DNA from: an uncultured Chitinophagales bacterium
GTDB lineage: Bacteria; Bacteroidota; Bacteroidia; Chitinophagales; JAHDHT01
DNA length: 64,000 nucleotides
Direction of reading: 5' to 3'
Assembly: GCA_938023075.1 (NCBI GenBank)
Contig: CALHDG010000126.1
Span: 21,838 to 85,837, forward strand
Position numbers and translations under genes: made by a program. Below, piece by piece: positions 41,756 through 50,400 of the stretch. How positions within the stretch are numbered: the first letter of the stretch is position 1; the number at the start of each line of letters is the position of its first letter. The notes under the pieces are model-generated. The model was not told the DNA's origin. It did no database searches and worked only from the letters and a program-made list of their open reading frames with translations.

Positions 41756-44700
41756 TTACTTCATCTCCATTAACTTCTTCCTAAAAATCAAATCATCCGT
41801 TTGTATGGTCAAATAATACACACCATTTACCAAATCTGGGTAGTTCAACCGATGTTGATTTTGTTTCAAATTTACAGGTTGAACAACTTGTTGCCCTTGC
41901 GCGTTAAACAAACTAAGGGTTGCTTGCTTAAAAGTAGCATCTGCTACATGAATTTTAAAGATGCCGTTTGTTGGGTTAGGATAAATATTAAATAAATGGT
42001 TGATACTTTCTTCTTCTACACTCACCAAGTCGTTCAAATCGCTGCAATCGGTTACATAACCTTCGGGTTGTTCGCAACTTTCAATCATTTCGTTGGGGTT
42101 GCCTAAGCCATTGTTATTCATATCTCTGCACCAAGAGGTGTTAGGCAGCTCGTTCACCAAAATGCTTTCAACCGTATTGGTGATGATGGGCGGATTAAAA
42201 TCAAAATAAATAGCCGAGGTATTTTTGATTACTGTATTTTCAGGTAAACCAGTTTTGGGTTGGATGGAATACATCACATAGCCATTACTTCCTTCTAAGC
42301 TTGTGGTAGAATCGGGTAAATTAATGTTGTTAAACTCAAAAGTAATAGTGCCATCATCAGTAATGCTGGTTTGCAAACTATCTATATGGCTGCTGTTAAT
42401 TAAACTAAAGGTATTTAAATCTAAATTAGCATCTATTTTATCAGTAATAGAAACTTTAAAAGCTACATCGTTGCCGGTGTTTTGAAAACGGATGGTGTAA
42501 GTAAGGTTTTCATCTGTTAAAATATGATTGCATTGCCGGTTGGGGTTTACGAGTTTGTCGTTGGGGTCGTAAGAGCATCTTACCGGAGTTTGATAGTTAA
42601 ATACTGAGGTGGAAAATTGCTGACCATTGGTATCCGTAAATTCTGCAAAGCTTTCGAACGCTAAGTCTTGCCCAACTTCTACCTGCCCTATGCTGGGTAT
42701 GCCAACCTTAAGGTGTTTAGTTAGATATTCACTCGGCATAAGGTCTTCAAAAAACCAACCGTATTGATTAGGTTCAATCAGAGTATCGGGTTCATCAATA
42801 AAACTAAATGATGAAATATTTGCATCGGCTTTAAACCAAAGAATACCCTTGGTGTTGGTTGTGCCCCAATTTTTAGTGAGTAAATCAAATGGTACGGCTG
42901 TATTGCACCGAGCGTTACTTGAATACATAAATGACCGCATTTCGGATATGGGTTGATTGGGATACACGCCAAAATTTAAAACATCACATCCACCTGTGCT
43001 AAGGTTAAGTTGATAGCTTACCGAATCGGTAGTTAAGGTGGAGTTGGCGATGCTGGCTTCATCAATAGTTACCGTATACTTACCCGGCGTGGCAAACCAA
43101 ATACCATAACCGGTTTTAGGGTTTTGAATAATTTTAATATCGTCGGGGTTTAAGATAACTGAACCGAAAGAAGCATAGGGTTCGTTACTATCGTATATTT
43201 TGTTTTGGTTAAGATCATAAAAAAATTGGATACTAATTTTGCCACCTTGGCAATTTTGTTGAATTTCTGAAATGCTATTACATCCGAAGTAATTATTTTC
43301 AATTTTCAACCAACTATCAGGTTTCTCAATATAACTACAAAAAAATTCAGTGTTGCAATTACTTAATGAATTGTTGCCTTTTATTCCTATACCTTTAAAA
43401 CTAATATTGTTTAAAGCAGATATGTTAGTCAAAGCATCGTTATTAGATATTTTTACTGAACTTTCAATAATATTGAGATTCTCTAAACCGGATAATTTGG
43501 TTAAGCTAATATTTTCATCAATCACTAAAGGTCCTTCAACATTAGTAAGACCGTTTAAACCGGAAAGATCTTTTAGTAAAAAATTTTCTTTTATGAGTAA
43601 ACCAAGGAAACTTGTGTTAGGAGCTGCACTATTTGGAACACCAGAACCTATACTTTTTAGGTTTTCTAAACCGGTTAAGCTAGTTAAAGCACTAAGGTGC
43701 GCTATTTTAAAACATCCCCCAATTGATGATAATTTGTTTAAACCCATAAAGCTTTCTAAAGCATGATTTCCTTGATAAAAATAACCTTGATAATAAAAAA
43801 CATAGTTATCATTTCTTGGTATTATTCCTCCACCAACTACAAAATTGCCATCTATTTTAGCTAATTTCTCTAAGCCTGTAAAGTTGACTTGTTTGTGGTT
43901 TTCTGTCACTAAAAAATCACCTCCTATTGATTGGAGATTATCCAAGCCCTTAAAATTTAATATAGAACTATTTCCAATAATTTCTAAATTACCTGTAACT
44001 GTATCAAGGTTTTCTAAACCTGAAACATCGCTTAGATTATTATTATGAAATATTTCAAATTCATCAACCACATTAATATTCCTCAAAAATGATAAATCTT
44101 TCAAAACAGGATTACTTCGAATATTGATTGAACCAACTGAAGAAAGATTGGATAAGCCTGTTAAATCAATAAGGTTAAAGTTTTTTTCTATATTTAATGT
44201 TCCTATAGATACGATATTTTTAGGAAAAGTGAAACTATAAATATCAGTACCTCTAATATCAAAGATACCGTTAATAATTTTAATGTTTTCCAATTGAGCT
44301 AAATATTCAGTAAGATTTTCGTTAGTTGTTTCAAATGATGTAGATTGGGTACCTGAATCTATTGTTTTTGTATAACTCAAAGAGATATGACCTACTTCGG
44401 TTAAATTCATTAATCCAGATAAGTTAGATAATCTTTCGTTGCTATGAATTACCAGCCATCCACCAATTAAATTCAAATTATCTAATCCAGTTACATTTAA
44501 TAGAATCTCGTTTTCAAAAATGGCTAAGTTACCTCCTATTGACTGAATATTATTTAACCCAATAAGATTGACTAAAGCGTCATTATCTGAAATTCGACAA
44601 GTTCCACTTACAAAATTTAGATTTTCTAAACCAGAGAGTGTAGCTAATGAATTATTATCGTCAATAATTAAATTCTCAACTGATTGAATTTGCTTTAAGC

Positions 44701-45244
44701 TTGAAATGTCTTCTAAAATATTATTTTCAGAAATATCCAAATTGCCACTAATTGAGTTTAAATTTTCTAAGCCAGAAAGCGAACTTAAAGCATCATTATT
44801 TTTAATAGTTATAGAGGAAGCAGCAGTAATTTCTTTCAAACTTAATATATCTACTAACAATATATTATTAGCAATAGTTAAAAATGCTATTGAACGAAGA
44901 TTTTGCAAGCCAACTAAATTAGCTATTGCCGTATTTGTTATTCTTAACCTTCCGACCGATTCTAAATTTTCTAAACCAACCAATGAAGGTAAAAAAACTG
45001 CATTTTCAATTGTAAAAGTACCATCAATTGATACAAGATTTTGTAGACCAGTCAAATTAGAAATATAACTATTTCTTCCTTTAACATATATACTACCTTT
45101 CATCTCCGTACAATCCGGATAACTCAACCCAAAAGCATCAATCTCCTCTTGAGTATAAAAAACAACATCTCCCACAGGGCACTGCGAAAACGCCAAGAAA
45201 ACACTACAAACAAAAAGTAAAAAAACTAGTATAAATTTCTTCAT
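41756..45244 (-). CDS. LRR/L-domain-like surface protein with middle beta-rich region and T9SS CTD (paralogue 3)
   Basis: I prefer the start MKKFILVFLLFVCSVFLAFSQCP (ATG at 45242-45244). The architecture matches 38693-41686, and the CTD is nearly identical to that paralogue. Confidence 0.8.
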   Translation of the reverse strand: MKKFILVFLLFVCSVFLAFSQCPVGDVVFYTQEEIDAFGLSYPDCTEMKGSIYVKGRNSYISNLTGLQNLVSIDGTFTIENAVFLPSLVGLENLESVGRLRITNTAIANLVGLQNLRSIAFLTIANNILLVDILSLKEITAASSITIKNNDALSSLSGLENLNSISGNLDISENNILEDISSLKQIQSVENLIIDDNNSLATLSGLENLNFVSGTCRISDNDALVNLIGLNNIQSIGGNLAIFENEILLNVTGLDNLNLIGGWLVIHSNERLSNLSGLMNLTEVGHISLSYTKTIDSGTQSTSFETTNENLTEYLAQLENIKIINGIFDIRGTDIYSFTFPKNIVSIGTLNIEKNFNLIDLTGLSNLSSVGSINIRSNPVLKDLSFLRNINVVDEFEIFHNNNLSDVSGLENLDTVTGNLEIIGNSSILNFKGLDNLQSIGGDFLVTENHKQVNFTGLEKLAKIDGNFVVGGGIIPRNDNYVFYYQGYFYQGNHALESFMGLNKLSSIGGCFKIAHLSALTSLTGLENLKSIGSGVPNSAAPNTSFLGLLIKENFLLKDLSGLNGLTNVEGPLVIDENISLTKLSGLENLNIIESSVKISNNDALTNISALNNISFKGIGIKGNNSLSNCNTEFFCSYIEKPDSWLKIENNYFGCNSISEIQQNCQGGKISIQFFYDLNQNKIYDSNEPYASFGSVILNPDDIKIIQNPKTGYGIWFATPGKYTVTIDEASIANSTLTTDSVSYQLNLSTGGCDVLNFGVYPNQPISEMRSFMYSSNARCNTAVPFDLLTKNWGTTNTKGILWFKADANISSFSFIDEPDTLIEPNQYGWFFEDLMPSEYLTKHLKVGIPSIGQVEVGQDLAFESFAEFTDTNGQQFSTSVFNYQTPVRCSYDPNDKLVNPNRQCNHILTDENLTYTIRFQNTGNDVAFKVSITDKIDANLDLNTFSLINSSHIDSLQTSITDDGTITFEFNNINLPDSTTSLEGSNGYVMYSIQPKTGLPENTVIKNTSAIYFDFNPPIITNTVESILVNELPNTSWCRDMNNNGLGNPNEMIESCEQPEGYVTDCSDLNDLVSVEEESINHLFNIYPNPTNGIFKIHVADATFKQATLSLFNAQGQQVVQPVNLKQNQHRLNYPDLVNGVYYLTIQTDDLIFRKKLMEMK

Positions 45245-45493
45245 AATAACATAATTATTGGTTAACACGAGTTTCTGGTCCAGTAGAATTATATAGAATG
45301 GTGGTGAGGAGTACATATAACTCCAATAGGTAACATTTTAGTATGTGCTGCAAAATTCAATTCATCAAGCAATCACCCAAAAATCAATAAAAAACATCTC
45401 TATTTCTAATAAAAATCAGTACCTTCGCAGCCGAAAATCGTTAACGGTTAGACCGTAAGAACGAATATTTTTTAATGATTAATTCATTTTGTA

Positions 45494-46486
45494 ATGCCAG
45501 TAAAAATTAGACTTGCCCGCAGAGGCAGAAGTAAACGCCCTTTTTATCACATCGTTGTAGCCGATAGCCGTTCTCCCAGAGATGGTAAGTACATTGAAAA
45601 GTTAGGAATTTATGATCCATTAACCGTACCGGCAACTATTGATATTCAACAAGACCGCGCCCTGCATTGGTTAACGCAAGGCGCGCAACCAACCGATACA
45701 GCAAAAGCCATTTTATCGTATACAGGAGTGTTGTACAAAAAACATTTACAACGTGGCGTAAGTAAAGGAGCTTTATCGCAAGAGCAAGCCGATGCTAAAT
45801 TTATGGATTGGTGGGATGCGAAGCGTAAAAAAGTAGAAGATCATAAAAACAAAGTACAAGCCGAAAAAGAGCAAATGGCGGGAGACCGCAAAGCAGCGGA
45901 ATCAAAAATTAGAGCAGAGAAATCTGCCAGTATGCAGGCGGCTTTAGCTCCTGAAGGTGCAAGTGCCGAGGCTTCAGGCGGAGGCGCAACAGCTGAGCCC
46001 ACCGGCGATGCAATTGGTGATGCCTTAAGTACCGCACAAGCCGATAATGAAGCTTTATTAGGTATTAGTAAAGATGCCCCGGCTGAAGAGAAAAAGGTTG
46101 AGGAGCCAGTTGCAGAAACCCCAAAAGCAGAAGAGGCAGCAGCTGCGGTTGCAGAAGAGCTTAAAGTGGAAGAAGCTCCCGCACCAGTTGAAGAGGTAAA
46201 AGAAGAAGCTCCGGCACCAGCAGTGGAGCCGGATGATTTGAAAAAAATTGAAGGCGTTGGTCCAAAATTGGCTGAAGTTTTAAACGGCGGTGGTATTCAT
46301 ACCTTTACAGACTTAGCAGGAAAATCTCCAGAAGAAGTGAAAACCGTTTTAGAAAATGCAGAAGGTAATTTTGCCATGCACGATCCAACTACTTGGCCCA
46401 AACAAGCAAAATTGGCTGCCGACGGCAAATGGGATGAATTGAAAGTTTTACAAGATGAATTAGATGGTGGTAAAGAAACTGCTTAA
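45494..46486 (+). CDS. rpsP: 30S ribosomal protein S16 with ~240-aa C-terminal extension
   Basis: The N-terminus MPVKIRLARRGRSKRPFYHIVVADSRSPRDGKYIEKLGIYDP is canonical S16. It is followed by an A/E/P/K-rich low-complexity linker and a C-terminal helix-hairpin-helix-like module (IEGVGPKLAEVLNGGGIHTFTDLA). Confidence 0.85.
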   Translation: MPVKIRLARRGRSKRPFYHIVVADSRSPRDGKYIEKLGIYDPLTVPATIDIQQDRALHWLTQGAQPTDTAKAILSYTGVLYKKHLQRGVSKGALSQEQADAKFMDWWDAKRKKVEDHKNKVQAEKEQMAGDRKAAESKIRAEKSASMQAALAPEGASAEASGGGATAEPTGDAIGDALSTAQADNEALLGISKDAPAEEKKVEEPVAETPKAEEAAAAVAEELKVEEAPAPVEEVKEEAPAPAVEPDDLKKIEGVGPKLAEVLNGGGIHTFTDLAGKSPEEVKTVLENAEGNFAMHDPTTWPKQAKLAADGKWDELKVLQDELDGGKETA

Positions 46487-46516
46487 TAATTATTTTGTTA
46501 TGAAGATAAATAAAGA

Positions 46517-46546
46517 AAGCCTGCATTTTGTGCGGGCTTTTTTTTC
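46517..46546 (+). terminator. Rho-independent terminator after rpsP
   Basis: aagcctgca/tgcgggctt hairpin (one G-U pair) followed by a run of 8 T. Confidence 0.6.
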
Positions 46547-46651
46547 ATAATTGCTATGGAGCTATTTTTTGAAGAAGTATTAGTGCAAAAGCCTTCGTCA
46601 ACAAGTTTAAAATTTAACCTGACCAAGTATTAACATAGGATTGGTAAAACG

Positions 46652-47200
46652 ATGAAAAAGCTGCAAGAAGTTGGTAAAGTAATTAAATCTCACAAATTGA
46701 ATGGTGCGGTTAAAATCAAGTTGTTAAATTTTGAATTTTTAGGTAACGACTACCCTTCATTTTTGTACATCAATACAGAAGAAAAACCGTTACCCTATTT
46801 TATTAGTTCTTTTGATAAGATCGGTAAAAAAGAATGTATTATCCAGTTTGAAGAATGGGATAATAAAGAAGCGGTAAACACACAATTAAAAGGGAAATTA
46901 ATTTTTATTGATCCCAATGAACCAGTTCACCGTGGATTTCAAGCCTTAAAAGAACAAGGTAAAACAAATTATACCGGTTATCAACTATTTGACCAAAATC
47001 AGCTATACATTGGCACTATTGAAGATGTTTATGAAATCCCAAACAATACCTTATTATCGCTAGATATTAACAATCGTGAAGTGCTGATTCCCTTTCACAA
47101 TAATTTATTAATTGAAGTAAAAAACAATCAACAAGAAATACATCTTCAAATTCCAGAAGGTTTGATCAATTTAGCGGTCGATAGCTCCGAAGAAGAATAA
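46652..47200 (+). CDS. rimM: Ribosome maturation factor RimM
   Basis: 182 aa. The N-terminus VGKVIKSHKLNGAVKIKL resembles the RimM GxxGxxkv beta-barrel. It has a PRC-barrel-like C-terminus and sits downstream of rpsP as in most bacteria. Confidence 0.7.
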   Translation: MKKLQEVGKVIKSHKLNGAVKIKLLNFEFLGNDYPSFLYINTEEKPLPYFISSFDKIGKKECIIQFEEWDNKEAVNTQLKGKLIFIDPNEPVHRGFQALKEQGKTNYTGYQLFDQNQLYIGTIEDVYEIPNNTLLSLDINNREVLIPFHNNLLIEVKNNQQEIHLQIPEGLINLAVDSSEEE

Positions 47201-47444
47201 TTGCCATATTAGCTGTTCAAATATATTTCATTATAAACAAAATATATTTGTATGTTTTTTAATTAATTGTGAATAAAATCTTGATAAGTTCTTTTCATTC
47301 TTAATAAAATCTTTACCAAAACTATAGGTAAATTGTTAATTCCATTCTCTATTTTAGCAACTTATCAAAAAACAAGAGCAATACACAAAGCATTTATCAA
47401 CAAGAAATTTATTTACAAAACAAAATAATACAATTAAAACTAAT

Positions 47445-50400
47445 ATGAATATTTGCAAAACTGTACTAAGTGTAGTGTTCACTTGGCTAATTACAATAAC
47501 TGTAGCGCAAGCCCAATGTGGCAACTTATACATTGCCGGTATTGTTGATGGTCCATTGCCAGGAGGTACGCCAAAGGGTATTCAACTATGTGCTAACGGT
47601 GCTATTGCTGATTTAAGCATTTATGGCATTGAATCAGTAACCAACGGAAACGGTTCTAATGGAACAGAAGAATATACTTTTGAAGCCATTGCTTTGTCTG
47701 CCGGTGATTGTATTTGGTTAACTACGGATATAGCTCAATTTAATGCATTTTTTGGCTTTGATGCCTGTTATGAAGATAATGTAATTGGAGTAAATGGTGA
47801 TGATGCCGTGTTGCTCTATTGTTCTACCGTACTTGAAGACGTTGCCGGTGATCCGGATACAGATGGCTCAGATACCAATTGGGAATATCAAGATGGATGG
47901 ATGTACTCGAGTGATACCGATGCGAATCCGGTTTTTGATGAAACTGAATGGACTTACAGCGGTGCAGATGCTTTAGATGGTGAAACCGATAATGCTTCGG
48001 CGGCTATACCCTACCCCAATACCGATATTAGCTGCCCTGCTTTAATGGTAGATTGCCCGGCTTTGGGCTTAAACATTGGAGCTGCTTGTGATGATGCTAA
48101 TCCAACAACCTCAAACGATACGGTTACCGCGTCTTGCAATTGCGAAGGTACTCAAAGTGGAGAAGCCCTTTGTTTTACCGATACGGCTTGCGACTTTGAA
48201 ATTGTAGCCGTAGCGCTTAACAGCCAGGCAGATGATTGGTCATGCAATGCCGGCACCTACGAAGCAAATGGTTTTGTTGGCAGCGGCACTATGGAAACCA
48301 GCGATCTATGGCTAATATCTGGCGTATACGATTTTTCTGGTTCAAGTAATATTACTCTTCAATTAGATGCTATAGAAGGATTTGACGGTTCAAATATTGA
48401 AATTTTTTATACCACTTCTTATGCAGGTTGCCCGGGTGATGCCTCCAACAATTGGGTTTCGGCAGGCTTAATTGCTACAGGAGCAGGTGGTACTGGTTTG
48501 TCAATTGATTTATCGGGTTCAGCTGGCTCAACAGGGGTCTATATCGGTATTCAATATTTATCGGGCTCCGCTCCTCAAGATGCCAGTAATTGGACGCTTT
48601 CTAACATTTCATTAATTGCCGATGTTTGCCCAACGGTTGCTACTCCGGTAACTTCTAACTGCGATTTAAGTGTGGGTTGTACAGATAATATGGCTTGTAA
48701 TTTTGATTCAACTGCAACGGTAGATGATGGTTCGTGTTTCAGTGTTGGCGATGCTTGTGATGATGGCGACCCAAATACAATTAACGATGTTTATGTAGAT
48801 TGTTCTACTTGTATGGGTGAAGAATTGGGTGGAAATTATTGTAGTGTGCCAGTATGGGAAGCAGTATCCGTTGTCAATAATAGCCAGCTTGATGTTTGGA
48901 CAACCATTACCGATGGTTGGTCTATGAATGGATTCTGTGGTGGCGGATGTCAGGAGCAGGTAGACCAATGGTTAGTATATGGACCATTAGATATGTCTGC
49001 TACATCAGATTTAAGCTTACTTTTTGAAGCAGCAGAAAGCTTCGGTGAAACTCCTTTAAATATTAATTTCACAACTGATTATTCTTCAGGATGTCCTTCA
49101 TCAACAACTTGGACTTTAGCAAGTACCGTTACAGAAGCTGGAACAATTAGTATTGATTTAAGTGGTGCAAGCAGCACAGCACTTTATATTGGTATTGAAT
49201 ATAGTGATGATGGTGATGGTGGATATAGCGATTGGGATTTAACCAACTTCCAATTATTGTCTGAGGCTTGCCCTACCGTTGGAACTCCAATTGTATCCAG
49301 TTGCGATATCGCCAATGCGGGTTGTATTAGTGCTTCTGCTTGTAATTTTGATCCGATGGCTACAGAAGATGACGGCTCTTGCTTATTTGATGGAGATCCT
49401 TGTACAGATAGTAATGGCAATCCCTCTACTTTTGCCGAAGATTGTACTTGCCCGTCAATGGCAGTTACCTGTGCATCATCTGCAAAAATTAATGAATTTC
49501 ATTATGATAATGATGGCGGTGATGTGAATGAATTTGTTGAAATTGCCTTACCTGCAGGCTCCGATCCTACTTCAGTTCGGGTAGATTTATACAATGGTTC
49601 TAATGGAACTACATATGATTCAGTGGTTTTAAGTGCCTCAGAATTTATCAGCAGCGATGGCACTTCCGATTATTATGTATGGGTTGTAGTTCCACAAAAT
49701 GGACCGGACGGTATTGCGGTAAGTTGTGTAGATGGTACGCAATATCAATTTATTTCTTATGAAGGTGATTTTTTGGCTACCGATGGTCCTTTTGCAGATG
49801 TAATGAGTACAGATATTGGTGTTGAAGAAGCAGGAAATTCATCAGAAACATCCTCTATTATGTGTGATGATAATGGAAATTATTTAAGCAATTGTACAGC
49901 CGACCCGGGTGCAGCCAATAATATAAGTTCTTGTATTATTGAATTGTTGGGTTGTACAACTGAAACGGCTTGTAATTACAATCCTGAGGCTACAACAGAT
50001 GATGGTTCCTGTTTTAGCGTAGGCGATTCCTGTGATGATGGTAATCCCGATACTTTAGGAGATGTGTATACCGATTGTTCAACTTGTATGGGAGAAACAC
50101 CTAGCGGACAAATTTGCGACGCTCCAGTTTGGGAAGCCGTATCAGTTATTAATAACAGCCAGCTTGATGTTTGGACTGCCATTACCGATGGATGGTCGAT
50201 GAATGGATTTTGCGGTAGCGGTTGTGCAGAACAAGTAGACCAATGGTTGATCTATGGACCTTTGGATATGTCAGGAGCCAATAACGTAAGTTTACTTTTT
50301 GAAGCAGCTGAAGACTTTACTGAAACCCCATTAAACATCAATTTTACAAGCGATTATTCTGCTGGATGTCCTTCATCAGCATCCTGGACTTTGGCAAGTA

